Assembly (NCBI GenBank): GCA_963787445.1
Contig: CAWBCT010000013.1
Location: 1-64,000, forward strand
From: an uncultured archaeon
GTDB taxonomy: Archaea > Micrarchaeota > Micrarchaeia > Micrarchaeales > CABMGC01
Direction: 5' to 3'
Length of the DNA: 64,000 nucleotides
Part shown: positions 20,678 to 30,484 of the stretch, piece by piece
How the letters are laid out: every line of letters begins with the position of its first letter
Position numbering within the stretch: position 1 is the stretch's first letter
The notes under the pieces: model-generated
Database searches by the model: none
The model's input: the letters and a program-made list of their open reading frames with translations, nothing else
What the model was told of the DNA's origin: nothing
Position numbers and translations under genes: made by a program

Positions 20678-21541
20678 ATGCCTGAAATGCCCAGAATGAA
20701 CAAAAGACTGCTTTTCAATGCCGTACAGGCCGACACCAGATCCGAGAACGTCCAGACGGGCCTGTTCGGTCCCATCAAAAGGAGACACCACCGCCCCAAG
20801 AGGGAGGAGCTCTTCGAGAGCGCGCTGCGCAAGGCCAACCTATTGGCCCATAACTATGCTGTCCAGCGTTGGGAAAAGAGCGGCCACAGATCAAGCATTG
20901 AAAAAGCCGAGAAGCTCGCATTCGCCCGCCAACTGGCCGCAGTCTACACCTGGCCCGAGCTGTTTGACGGCAGGCGGGGGTTCGTCTCGGTAAAGGATGC
21001 GTACAGGAGGAAGAGCGTGTACAGGAATACCGGCAGGCCAGAATATTACAAGGGGGTTGATTCGGCCCTGTACGGCCTTCTTGCGAAGGCGGACGTAAAC
21101 CTCACAGCGCCGCAGGTCGCGCAGCTTACCCGCGAGCTCCTTTTGAATCATACGGACGAGATAAAGGACCTTGAGATAAACAAGGAGTTTCCAGCTACAA
21201 CCGCCTGCCAGTTTTATGCCCGGTCGATAGAGCCCAGGCTTGGGCTGATGCTCCCCAATGAGGTGCTAGGGGAGGAGGAGAGGGTGGCCAGGCTGGACCA
21301 CCATCTTATATTCATCCTATACGTCGCGATGCGCAGGGAGCTTGCGGAGAGGCAGATACAGGTCTACAGGGACGCGATCAGGGCGGAGAGAGAGGAGAGC
21401 GCAAGACTGAAGACGCTTGACCGCAGGGACATCAGGGAGGAGACTGAGAAGGGGGTCCCGCTGGACCAGCTCCTCGACGCCGTGCGTAGGCCCGAGCCGA
21501 GCAACAAGGAGAGCAAAGGAAAGCAGGTAAACAGGTTCTAG
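20678..21541 (+). CDS. Hypothetical protein
   Basis: Long ORF with GGTG SD and upstream TTAAATA; no recognisable motif. Confidence 0.65.
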   Translation: MPEMPRMNKRLLFNAVQADTRSENVQTGLFGPIKRRHHRPKREELFESALRKANLLAHNYAVQRWEKSGHRSSIEKAEKLAFARQLAAVYTWPELFDGRRGFVSVKDAYRRKSVYRNTGRPEYYKGVDSALYGLLAKADVNLTAPQVAQLTRELLLNHTDEIKDLEINKEFPATTACQFYARSIEPRLGLMLPNEVLGEEERVARLDHHLIFILYVAMRRELAERQIQVYRDAIRAEREESARLKTLDRRDIREETEKGVPLDQLLDAVRRPEPSNKESKGKQVNRF

Positions 21542-21604
21542 GTCAGACCACCCCAACCGCAAAACCTTTAACTACGTCCAGCCATGTTATTTTAAGGTTT
21601 GAGC

Positions 21605-22873
21605 ATGCTGGACACGACCTCGCTGATAAACAACCTCTGGGTCCTCATTGCCGCACTGCTCGTATTCCTGATGACCGTAGCCGTCGGATTCCTTGAAATC
21701 GGCGAGCTCGGCGACCGCTTCTCGAACAGCCTGACAAAGACGATGCTCATAACGGGCACCGCCCTTTTTGTCATGGCCTTCGTAGGGTTCAACATCGCGT
21801 TCGCGCCCACCATCGGCGGCCTGTTCGGCAACCCGTTCTACAATGGCGTGTTCCTGGGCGGCTTCTCGAGCAACATAATGGGCGTCTGGTGGTCCATGAC
21901 CGCCTCATTCTTCAACACCGGCCTGACCACCGCAACCTACTTCCTCTTTGAGACCGCCTTCGCGGCTGTCACGCTCGCCCTTGTAAGCGTCATAGTGCTG
22001 AAGAAGATGAAGCTCAGCGCATTCATGGTCTTCTCCGTGGTGTACTTCCTGATAATCTGGACGCTGCCCGCCGCCTGGATCTGGAACCCGACCGGCTGGC
22101 TGTACCTGATGGGCTTCCGGGACTTTGCCGGAGGACTGGTCGTCCATGGCGCGGCCGCCGCGGCAGGCCTGGGAATACTCTTCCAGATCTGGCAGGAGGA
22201 AAAGAACAAGGGCTTCAAGAAGAGCCCGGCGGTGCCAGTGAAGCTTAACAAGGGATGGCTCACCCTCTCCATACTTCTGCTCTGGATTGGCTGGTTCGGA
22301 TTCAACCCCGGCAGCGTGCTCGCGTTCAATGAGAGTGCGATGACCGTGGTCATAACCACCTTCCTTGCCGCTGCGTCCGCGATGGTCTCCACGCTGCTCT
22401 TCAGGTACATCGAATCCGGCCAGAAGCCGGACCTCTCCTACGACGTCAACGGAGTGCTGATGGGCCTCATAATAATAACTCCGCTCGCAGGCTTTGTCAG
22501 CCCTCTGAGCGCGGTGATACTTGGCGTACTGGGCGGTCCCCTATTCGTATATGGAAGCAAGATAATCTCCAAGGCAAAGTGGTTCACCGATCCGATCGGC
22601 CTGCTTCCGGGCCATATGCTTGGTGGAATCTTCGGAGTGCTGATGATCGCGTTCTTCACTCAGAGCTCCTTTGCTGCAGCCTCTGGAAATTCCAATCTGC
22701 CCAACGGCCTTCTCTTTGGAGGCGGGACAGCCGCATTGTCCCAACTTGGCATAGAAGTTCTTGGAATAGCCGTTGTGATGGTCTTTGTTTTCGTGGTGTC
22801 CTACCTAACCTGTGTTGCAATAGCCTGGCTACTTGACGGAATAACTACAGATTATGGAAAGCACAGTCACTAA
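21605..22873 (+). CDS. amtB: Ammonium transporter
   Basis: FETAFAA, DFAGGLVVH, LWIGWFGFNPGS, TDPIGLLPGH; about 11 TM helices. Confidence 0.95.
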   Translation: MLDTTSLINNLWVLIAALLVFLMTVAVGFLEIGELGDRFSNSLTKTMLITGTALFVMAFVGFNIAFAPTIGGLFGNPFYNGVFLGGFSSNIMGVWWSMTASFFNTGLTTATYFLFETAFAAVTLALVSVIVLKKMKLSAFMVFSVVYFLIIWTLPAAWIWNPTGWLYLMGFRDFAGGLVVHGAAAAAGLGILFQIWQEEKNKGFKKSPAVPVKLNKGWLTLSILLLWIGWFGFNPGSVLAFNESAMTVVITTFLAAASAMVSTLLFRYIESGQKPDLSYDVNGVLMGLIIITPLAGFVSPLSAVILGVLGGPLFVYGSKIISKAKWFTDPIGLLPGHMLGGIFGVLMIAFFTQSSFAAASGNSNLPNGLLFGGGTAALSQLGIEVLGIAVVMVFVFVVSYLTCVAIAWLLDGITTDYGKHSH

Positions 22874-22938
22874 CAAGGTTATATCCTTTTTGAAACCACT
22901 AATTATCCCGCTATATGTCCCATACCAAAGAGTTTAAA

Positions 22939-22964
22939 TAATGTTATGACATGTTATAACATTA
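22939..22964. promoter_or_regulatory. 26-bp palindromic operator adjoining the TATA box of the TauE gene
   Basis: TAATGTTATGACA|TGTTATAACATTA, 12 of 13 positions symmetric, directly after TTTAAATA (22933-40). Confidence 0.65.
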
Positions 22965-22978
22965 AAATATCTGATTAC

Positions 22979-23830
22979 ATGGTAGAAACGAAATCCATAC
23001 TTCGAATAGTCATCCTTGCACTGGTGGTGGTCGTACTTCTTCTCTCCTATACTTACATTTTCAATCAGAAGATCACACTCTCAGTCGTGCTTGTTGCAGT
23101 ATTGGGGTTCGCTCTGGCCTGCGTTGATACGTCCATAGGCATGGGATTTGGTACGCTAGGGTCCCCCATACTGCTGATATTGGGCTATTCCTCGAAGCTT
23201 GCAGTACCTTCTGTGCTGATATCCCAGTGTATCTCAGCTTTTCTCGGCATGATGCTCCACCAGAAGTACAAGAACGTGAACATATTGAAGTTTGACGGCA
23301 TGGACGCGAAAATAGGGTTAAGGCTGGTCGCGTTTGGTGTTGTCGGTGTAATAATTGCCACTTTTCTTGCCCTCAAGCTACCTGCGATCTATCTGAACAG
23401 TTACATAGGACTTTTGGTCATAGCCATGGGAATTATACTCCTAGCGAAGAGGAAGTTGGCGTTCTCCTGGGCCAAGATAAACCTAATCAGCTTCGTAAGC
23501 GGCTTCAACAAGGCGATCTCAGGGGGCGGGTACGGGCCTGTCGCCACAACCGGATTGGTGGTGTCAGGGCATCCTTTGAAGAATTCGATAGGGATAACGC
23601 TGCTTTCCGTCGCAGTGATCAACCTAACCGCGTTTGGAATCTACCTGGCATCGCAGTCAATAACAAACGTTACACTCCCGATCTTCCTCACAATTGGGGC
23701 AATAATAGGGTCGCAATTTGGACCAAAAGTCACAAAACACATGGACAGGAGCTGGATAACAAAGATCTTCGCAGCGGTTGTTATCATCCTTGGGATATTA
23801 ACCCTTGCAATAACTGTATTCAATTGGTAA
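22979..23830 (+). CDS. Sulfite exporter TauE/SafE family membrane protein
   Basis: GMGFGTLGSP and SGGGYGP repeats, GAIIGSQFG; multi-TM. Confidence 0.9.
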   Translation: MVETKSILRIVILALVVVVLLLSYTYIFNQKITLSVVLVAVLGFALACVDTSIGMGFGTLGSPILLILGYSSKLAVPSVLISQCISAFLGMMLHQKYKNVNILKFDGMDAKIGLRLVAFGVVGVIIATFLALKLPAIYLNSYIGLLVIAMGIILLAKRKLAFSWAKINLISFVSGFNKAISGGGYGPVATTGLVVSGHPLKNSIGITLLSVAVINLTAFGIYLASQSITNVTLPIFLTIGAIIGSQFGPKVTKHMDRSWITKIFAAVVIILGILTLAITVFNW

Positions 23831-23847
23831 AATGTACCTCTGTACGG

Positions 23848-24558
23848 TTAAAGGGCTGCGATTGCATCTACAAGTTCCGGGATGCCCTTTATCTTTCCGT
23901 ACGCCATCTCCATCCCGCGTTGGTAGGCCTCTGACCAGCCCTTCCCAACTCTTTCATTAATGTCCGCGTATATCGAAGACACGACGCAGACATTCATCGC
24001 AATCACCTTTATGTTCGCACTAGGCTCCCCAGCCTTTTTGACGAGCTTGTCCAGCCTCTGCAGGTAACCCGACTCCAGATCGGGATGTTCTCCGATAGGT
24101 TTTCTCACAATATTTTCTATAATCTTCCAGTATCGCTCACGTTCCTCGTAGATCCTTTTTGGAAGTGAGAAGAACCTTTGCAGGAAGTCAAGCTGCTTTA
24201 CAAGCCCATTGTCACCTCTGATCTCTGGCTTCTTGCTGAGTATGGTGATGCCCTCCTCATAGGCTTTATCCCAAAACACAGCTCTGTCTTTAGGATCCAT
24301 CTTCTCAAATTCCCTTATATGTATGGTAGCGTCGATCGCGGCGTCTGCAAGTTTTGCTGAGCGTCTGCTTAGGAAAAGAGCCTTTCTCAAGGCTATCTCT
24401 CGCCTAGACATGTCGAAGGTATCGATTAGCCGAAGACCCCTTCCTATGCTTTTGATCAATCTTACGGTATTCAACTGGTTCCTTTCTTGCTGCGTTACTA
24501 TGTGCTCCGTAAAGTCACGCCGCATGTAGAATTCTGCCCTTTTACGACCAGTGGGCAT
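23848..24558 (-). CDS. Hypothetical helical protein
   Basis: 236-aa ORF filling the interval; no motif recognised. Confidence 0.6.
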   Translation of the reverse strand: MPTGRKRAEFYMRRDFTEHIVTQQERNQLNTVRLIKSIGRGLRLIDTFDMSRREIALRKALFLSRRSAKLADAAIDATIHIREFEKMDPKDRAVFWDKAYEEGITILSKKPEIRGDNGLVKQLDFLQRFFSLPKRIYEERERYWKIIENIVRKPIGEHPDLESGYLQRLDKLVKKAGEPSANIKVIAMNVCVVSSIYADINERVGKGWSEAYQRGMEMAYGKIKGIPELVDAIAAL

Positions 24559-24700
24559 GTCGATAGTGATTGTGATGTTATCGTCTCAAAGACTCCTAAT
24601 CATAGCTGGGTCTTATGAGATATATATAAACTACTTTTTCATACGCCTTGGCCGAGCTTCTTTGTAAGGTAATGGGCCTTCTTTAACCTTTTTAGCACCA

Positions 24701-25117
24701 TCAAACAAACTCTTTTATGTGCCTTACGAATTTCAGGTCATTAATCTTTCTCATCAATTTTGCATCGGCAGTGTACATATTACACTCTAGGAACGATGCG
24801 AGTGCTACGTATGAGGCATCATACGAACTTATGTTGTACTCTACGGCTAAATCTGAGGTTAGATCTGCAATATTACCCGCTAGCTCTTCAACCTTGAAAC
24901 CATAATTGTCTATAGCTCGCAATGCCAATTTTATCTCAATAGCAGAGAATTTCTTGTACTTGAGGACATTTATGAATTCATATTTAGTAAGAGAATTTAT
25001 TATGATACCAACATTCCCTGCAAGGTACGAATCCTTTAATTTAAGCGCAAAATCAGAGTACTCTTCTCTGATAAAGAGCTTGATCAGCACATTTGCGTCA
25101 ATGACTACTTGCTCCAT
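24701..25117 (-). CDS. vapC: VapC PIN-domain toxin
   Basis: VVIDANVLIK, YEFIN, SSYDASYVALA, YTAD. Confidence 0.93.
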   Translation of the reverse strand: MEQVVIDANVLIKLFIREEYSDFALKLKDSYLAGNVGIIINSLTKYEFINVLKYKKFSAIEIKLALRAIDNYGFKVEELAGNIADLTSDLAVEYNISSYDASYVALASFLECNMYTADAKLMRKINDLKFVRHIKEFV

Positions 25118-25340
25118 GTCTGGACCCCCTCATCCTCCTAAGGATTTCAACAGACTCTAAACCTTGGGAATCTCTAAACAAAGACTCTCTAATCTTCTCC
25201 GCTTCTTTCCATCTCGCCTTTTTTGCAAGCTCCATCTTTATAAAATCCCTTATTCTGCTAGACCAGTTCACGTCTATGCTATCCATTCTTCTTTTTGTCT
25301 TTTTATCAATTTTTATTAATATGGTGCTTTCATAGCTCAT
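25098..25340 (-). CDS. vapB: VapB-type antitoxin (RHH)
   Basis: Small basic ORF (VNWSSRIRDFI) overlapping the vapC start. Confidence 0.85.
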   Translation of the reverse strand: MSYESTILIKIDKKTKRRMDSIDVNWSSRIRDFIKMELAKKARWKEAEKIRESLFRDSQGLESVEILRRMRGSRHGASSH

Positions 25341-25348
25341 CAAATCAC

Positions 25349-25367
25349 GTATATACTATGTATATAC
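25349..25367. promoter_or_regulatory. Probable vapBC autoregulatory operator
   Basis: Two palindromic GTATATAC boxes (25349-56, 25360-67), 11 bp apart, between TATA box and start. Confidence 0.55.
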
Positions 25368-25398
25368 AAATATAAAAGCCTATCTGAAAGAAGGAATA

Positions 25399-25471
25399 CG
25401 CCTTGGCCGGGATTCGAACCCGGGTCGCAACCGTGACAGGGTCGCATGCTGGACCGCTACACTACCAAGGC
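25399..25471 (-). tRNA. tRNA-Asp(GTC)
   Basis: GCCTTGGTAGTGTAGCGGTCCAGCATGCGACCCTGTCACGGTTGCGACCCGGGTTCGAATCCCGGCCAAGGCG folds as a cloverleaf; CCA not encoded. Confidence 0.97.
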
Positions 25472-25630
25472 ATGTGGTAAGGATAGCCTTCGCAGGTATA
25501 AAAACATATAGTATCCCGGGCCAACAGCATGTTTATTAAACCTTAATGCACAATCAATATGCGTCATATAATAGCCAAGATAGCAACGCCCATCGTGGCG
25601 CTGTTTTACGGCTGTGTTTTAGGTATAATC

Positions 25631-25807
25631 ATGGAGTATACTCGATTCGAAACGGCAAGGATTATTGGAGCGAGAGCGCTCCAGCTCGCCTACGGTGCAC
25701 CGCCTCTGATTGAGGTGCCAAAGGACATCAGCGACCCTCTGGAACTCGCACAGCTTGAGTTCGAGAAGGACGTTATCCCTATTGTCGTCGTAAGGAACAA
25801 GGAATAA
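25631..25807 (+). CDS. rpoK: RNA polymerase subunit Rpo6/K
   Basis: MEYTRFETARIIGARALQLAYGAPPLI. Confidence 0.96.
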   Translation: MEYTRFETARIIGARALQLAYGAPPLIEVPKDISDPLELAQLEFEKDVIPIVVVRNKE

Positions 25808-25818
25808 AAAGGATTTTC

Positions 25819-27258
25819 ATGGAAGAGAACTATGACATCATAGTCGCAGGCGGAGGTATCGCCGGCTCACTGGCTGCGGCCGCGGCCGCAAAGAAGGGCG
25901 CAAAGACCATAGTTCTCGACAGGAATGATCAATTGGTGGTCGGAAAGAAGACAAACTGGGGGTGGGTCTGCGGCGACGCTGTGGCAAAGTCTCATCTTGA
26001 CTTCGTCCAGAAGCAGATAGACATCAAGTTCGGCGACCCTGAACTCGATCTGAAGGTTGACGGCGTTTACGCGTTCAGCCCCGACCTAGAGCACAAGTTC
26101 ATATTTGAGGGAGAGGGCTACAGCCTAGACCGGCCCAAGCTCGCAAAGAAGCTGATCAATTATGCGGTCAAGCAGGGCGCGCAATACACTCCTAACTTCA
26201 CTGTCGAAGGGCCCATAATCGAGAACGGCGCAGTGGTCGGAATCTACGGCCGCAACGAGAAGAAGGAGCAGGTAAAACTGCGCTCCAAGCTCACCATAGA
26301 CACGCTTGGAATAGCGAGCGGCCTGCGCAGGAAGCTACCGCCTAACCATTACATTGAAAATGAGGTAAGCACGGATGACATCGAGTCGACTGGAAGGTAT
26401 ATCTTCAATTTTGAGGCGAAGAAGGAGGATCTCAACTACTACGACCCCAAGAACGCGCTTATTCACTTGAACCAGGTGCTAGCGCCCGGCGGCTACGGCT
26501 GGGTCTTCCCCAAGCGTGGAAACCGGATGAACATCGGCCTGGGCGTGGAGAAGAAGAGCCTGGAGATACGCAACGCAAAGCTTGGCAAGAAGGACACGCT
26601 CCACATGCTCATAGACGAGTACGTCAAGTGGAACCCGATAATCCAGAGCACCCAACTCGACAACACTGACGAGAACGGGAAGGGCTACTGGTCGGTGACC
26701 GTAAGAAGGCAGTTCGACAGCCTTGTCTACCCTGGCTACCTTGGCGCGGGAGACAGCATGGCGATGCCTAACCCGATCAGCGCTGGAGGCATAGGGCCTG
26801 CGATGGTTGCAGGATGCCTTGCAGGAGAAGTTGCAGGAGAGGCAATCGCAAAGAAGGACACAAGCATGGAGTACCTCTGGAATTACAACCTGCGCTACAA
26901 CGAGCACTACGGCTCGAAGACCGCAGGCCTTGAGGTCTTCAGAATCTATCTACAGTCACTCAACAATGAGCTGATCAACTACGGAATGGCACACTTCCTC
27001 ACGCCCGAAGAGGCCGAGGACATAAGCTACGGCAGGATACCCAACCTAACCATTGCAAGCACGTTCCAGAAGGTGCTGAGCGGAATCGCGAACATAAATG
27101 CGTTCAGGAACCTCATCTTCGCTGTAAACAAGATGAAGAAACTGAACCAGCACTACGCAAACTATCCTAAGACCCTGTCTGCATTCGCAGCATGGAAGGA
27201 AATTGCGAACGCAGAGATCCGCGACACAAAGGAGCGCTTCAAGCCTAACCCTGTGTAG
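25819..27258 (+). CDS. Digeranylgeranylglycerophospholipid reductase (geranylgeranyl reductase family)
   Basis: GGGIAG FAD motif, VCGDA, PGGYGWVFP, GDS..NPISAGGI. Confidence 0.9.
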   Translation: MEENYDIIVAGGGIAGSLAAAAAAKKGAKTIVLDRNDQLVVGKKTNWGWVCGDAVAKSHLDFVQKQIDIKFGDPELDLKVDGVYAFSPDLEHKFIFEGEGYSLDRPKLAKKLINYAVKQGAQYTPNFTVEGPIIENGAVVGIYGRNEKKEQVKLRSKLTIDTLGIASGLRRKLPPNHYIENEVSTDDIESTGRYIFNFEAKKEDLNYYDPKNALIHLNQVLAPGGYGWVFPKRGNRMNIGLGVEKKSLEIRNAKLGKKDTLHMLIDEYVKWNPIIQSTQLDNTDENGKGYWSVTVRRQFDSLVYPGYLGAGDSMAMPNPISAGGIGPAMVAGCLAGEVAGEAIAKKDTSMEYLWNYNLRYNEHYGSKTAGLEVFRIYLQSLNNELINYGMAHFLTPEEAEDISYGRIPNLTIASTFQKVLSGIANINAFRNLIFAVNKMKKLNQHYANYPKTLSAFAAWKEIANAEIRDTKERFKPNPV

Positions 27259-27991
27259 TTCTGTTTGCTGCGCTTCTCGCGCTGCCCAGAAGTTTGTTAT
27301 CTAAAGAGTAAACCTTAGCTTTAGCCCAGCTAAAAACTCCTTTCCTAAAAAGAAGAACAGATTTTGAATAGAAGTTGTCCATCAATCTTCCTGGAACCAC
27401 TTGGCTGAAGGCAGGAGCTACGACTAATTTTATCTTCTTATTGTACTTCTTATACCATTTCTTTGCACTCCCACCTGCTTCAGAAGTTATCCATACCTTC
27501 TGGGACTTGCCGTCGACCAATGCCTGCGCATGAAGGTGTGATGTGAACAGGTATCTCTTAGACATCGCCTCTTCCGACGGCATCGCGTTGCCGTGGATGC
27601 ATGCCAAATTCTTGAAGATCAGCTCCTTGCAAATCTGGGCCTTGACTCCAATCCCCAAAAGTATCTCATCAAGGTGTGCATCGTGGTTTCCTTTTGCGAT
27701 GTAAATTTCGAAGCCTTTTAATTCATTGAAGAATTCCTTGAGTAACCTACTTTCAGTGGTATCAGGGTATCCCACGCTCTCCTTGACATCTCCAAGAAAA
27801 ACTATCTTTCTGGCTTTTGTCTCGCGGCACGCTTCAAGAATGGAGTCTGCAAGCCTCTTCGAGGCTCCTGCAAAATGAACTCCTGATCTTGCAAAAGCCG
27901 CCTCCTTGCCTATATGGAGGTCGCCGATAATCAGCATCCGCTCGCCCTTTATGAATGCCGCAGGCCTGCCCTTTAGGAATATGGGATCCAT
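27245..27991 (-). CDS. Calcineurin-like metallophosphoesterase
   Basis: DLHIG, LGDVKE, GNHD, IHG, SHLH, PAFS. Confidence 0.9.
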   Translation of the reverse strand: MDPIFLKGRPAAFIKGERMLIIGDLHIGKEAAFARSGVHFAGASKRLADSILEACRETKARKIVFLGDVKESVGYPDTTESRLLKEFFNELKGFEIYIAKGNHDAHLDEILLGIGVKAQICKELIFKNLACIHGNAMPSEEAMSKRYLFTSHLHAQALVDGKSQKVWITSEAGGSAKKWYKKYNKKIKLVVAPAFSQVVPGRLMDNFYSKSVLLFRKGVFSWAKAKVYSLDNKLLGSARSAANRTTQG

Positions 27992-28054
27992 CAAAATAAT
28001 CTCTTATATAAGCTATTTATACACGGGCTTCCTAGAAGCCTGTTGTGTGAGCTG

Positions 28055-29152
28055 ATGTCTTCAGGCGCCATAAAGATCTGCAGGATCTACGGGATCGACA
28101 TAGAGATACACTGGACGCTACTTCTTCTTCTCGTGCTTGCACTTGTGCTCTCAACCTCCTCCTATCTTCTTTTCCTGATCGTCGTTGCGCTGTTCATCTG
28201 CGTCCTTGTGCACGAGCTTGCCCACTCGATCACCGCGATCAGGAATGGGATACGCGTAAAGGAGATAGTGCTCAACATAATTGGCGGGGCCTCGATAATC
28301 GACGACACGAACATAAGCGCGGATGTCGATTTCAGGATCTCGGTAACCGGTCCCCTCATGAGCTTCTTCCTTGCGGGAATCTTCGGGGTTCTCTCCACGC
28401 TTTCCGGACCTGGCCTGCTGACCTACTTCCTCCAGCTGCTCTTCGAGCTTAACCTGCTCCTCGGAATCTTCAACATACTCCCCGCCTTCCCGATGGACGG
28501 CGGCAGGGTGCTGCGCAGCTACCTCAGGAAGAGCAGGAGCGATTACCAGGCCACGCTGACCACCGTAAAGGTGAGCATGTACGTGCTCGGCCTCTTTGTG
28601 CTTTTCACCATAAGCTATGTCTGGCTGATCAACGGCTCGCTCCTGTACAAGGAGTTCAACGGCCTCATACTCCTGATGATTGTCGTGTTCCTTTACGGCG
28701 GCGCCCAGGCGGAGAAGCAGCGGGCTACCCTGAAGAACGAGACCAGGAACCTGAGCATAGGAAAGCTGGTGAGCACGGGCTTCGTCCTTCTAAGGAAGGA
28801 GGTCGGCATCGCCGAGCTTTATCGCGTCGCGACCGAGAAGCGGGAGCATATAATACTCACCAGGAACGGGAAGCAACTCATGCTTGTCGACCCGTTCAGG
28901 GGCCGGTCTCCATCGGTCAAGAACCTTACCCAACTGGCGATCCCCGTTGCCTCGTTTCCCCCATCCACAACCGTGTTTGATGCCCTCTCGATGATAGAGG
29001 CCACCGGCGCCGGCCTAGGCGTGGTCGTCAGCGGCAACAGGATCCTCGGGGTCGTCAGCACCAGCAGGATTCAGGCGTTCCTCTACCTGCACCTGATGAG
29101 CAAGAGGAAGGCGAAGGGGAAAAGGAATTTAAATCCGAATAGGGAAGGATAG
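28055..29152 (+). CDS. Site-2 protease (M50) with degenerate CBS domains
   Basis: HELAH and FNILPAFPMDGGR. Confidence 0.93.
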   Translation: MSSGAIKICRIYGIDIEIHWTLLLLLVLALVLSTSSYLLFLIVVALFICVLVHELAHSITAIRNGIRVKEIVLNIIGGASIIDDTNISADVDFRISVTGPLMSFFLAGIFGVLSTLSGPGLLTYFLQLLFELNLLLGIFNILPAFPMDGGRVLRSYLRKSRSDYQATLTTVKVSMYVLGLFVLFTISYVWLINGSLLYKEFNGLILLMIVVFLYGGAQAEKQRATLKNETRNLSIGKLVSTGFVLLRKEVGIAELYRVATEKREHIILTRNGKQLMLVDPFRGRSPSVKNLTQLAIPVASFPPSTTVFDALSMIEATGAGLGVVVSGNRILGVVSTSRIQAFLYLHLMSKRKAKGKRNLNPNREG

Positions 29153-29155
29153 ATT

Positions 29156-30484
29156 ATGTATTCTAAAATTATAGAGGAGCACCTAGCCGATAAATCGATA
29201 GCTGTCGGCGACAAGGTGAGCCTCTCGCTGGGCGAGACGAACTACAAGGGCGTCCTCATGCCACGGCCCGAAGCAGGGGACAGCAACATCCTCATACTCA
29301 AGCTGGACAACGGCTACAACGTGGGCATCGCCTGGAAAGATGGGTCCAACATCAAGAAACTTCCATTCGAGCGCGAGAATTTCTCGTTCCCCAGGGCCAA
29401 GCTCTCCCACAACCCCAAGCTAAGCAAGGTCAGCCTGCTTTACACCGGCGGGACCATCGGAAGCAAGGTCGACTACGTTTCCGGCGGAGTGTACATGCTT
29501 ACCAAGCCCGAGGAGCTCATCGCAGACGTCCCGGAACTTGCACAGATTGCGAACCTCGACGTACAGCATCTGATGAGCATTGCAAGCGAGGACATGTCCC
29601 ACACCGAATGGCAGAAGATCGCCACGCATGCGGCCGAGGCGCTCAACAAAGGCTCCAGCGGAGTCGTTATAACCCACGGCACCGACACGATGCATTACAC
29701 TTCTGCAGCACTGAGCTTCATGCTCAAGGACCTCAAGGGGCCCGTGGTTCTCACCGGCGCCCAACGCAGCAGCGACCGCGGCTCCAGCGACGCCTTCATG
29801 AACCTGATCTGCTCCACCCATGTGGCATCATCGTCCAACGTGGGCGAGGTAGGAATCTGCATGCATGCAACCTCCTCCGACGACTACTGCAACTTCATAC
29901 GCGGAAACAAGGTGCGCAAGATGCACACCTCAGGTCGCGACGCCTTTAAGCCCATCAACAGCAAGCCGATACTCAAGGTTGACACCGCCGGAAAGATGGA
30001 GTTCATCTCGGGCTACACCGAGGCGGGCAAGGGAAAGACGACCGTAAACACCGCCTTCGAGCCGAAGGTAGCCCTGGTGATGGCCTATCCCAACTCCGAC
30101 CCGTTTGTGCTCGATTATTATGTCGCAAAGGGCTACAAGGGCATAATCATAGCCGGGACAGGACTCGGCCACGTTCCCTCCTCAACGCCCCACGGCGGAT
30201 ATAACTGGTTAGGCGTAATAAAGGATGCTGTAGCGTCCGGACTTGTTGTGGGAATGACCTCACAGTGCCTGTACGGGCGCGTGAATAGCAAGGTGTACCG
30301 CAACCTCCGCCTCGCAAGCGAGGCGGGCGCGATCTACTGCGAGGACATGCTTCCGGAGGTGGCCTACGTGAAGCTCGGCTGGCTGCTGGGCAGCCACACG
30401 AAGAAGGAGAGCGAGAAGCTGCTAGTCAAGAACCTTGCGGGAGAGATAACCGAGCGTTCCGAGGCGGACTGGTCCGGTGAGTGA
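29156..30484 (+). CDS. gatD: Glu-tRNA(Gln) amidotransferase subunit D
   Basis: KLDNGYNVG, TGGTIGSKVDY, HGTDT, GAQRSSDRGSSD. Confidence 0.97.
   Translation: MYSKIIEEHLADKSIAVGDKVSLSLGETNYKGVLMPRPEAGDSNILILKLDNGYNVGIAWKDGSNIKKLPFERENFSFPRAKLSHNPKLSKVSLLYTGGTIGSKVDYVSGGVYMLTKPEELIADVPELAQIANLDVQHLMSIASEDMSHTEWQKIATHAAEALNKGSSGVVITHGTDTMHYTSAALSFMLKDLKGPVVLTGAQRSSDRGSSDAFMNLICSTHVASSSNVGEVGICMHATSSDDYCNFIRGNKVRKMHTSGRDAFKPINSKPILKVDTAGKMEFISGYTEAGKGKTTVNTAFEPKVALVMAYPNSDPFVLDYYVAKGYKGIIIAGTGLGHVPSSTPHGGYNWLGVIKDAVASGLVVGMTSQCLYGRVNSKVYRNLRLASEAGAIYCEDMLPEVAYVKLGWLLGSHTKKESEKLLVKNLAGEITERSEADWSGE

Larger units (their letters stand above)
24641..25409. mobile_element. tRNA-Asp-anchored mini-islet carrying vapBC, bounded by 14-bp direct repeats
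   Basis: ATACGCCTTGGCCG at 24641-24654 and 25396-25409 (tRNA 3' end); AT-rich interior; no integrase. Confidence 0.65.

Noticed and set aside
24556-24603. In-frame ATG and TGA upstream of ORF 23848-24558, suggesting readthrough or recoding
   Set aside because: Single instance; TGA is an ordinary stop elsewhere in the window (gatD, relE antitoxin, pilus genes).
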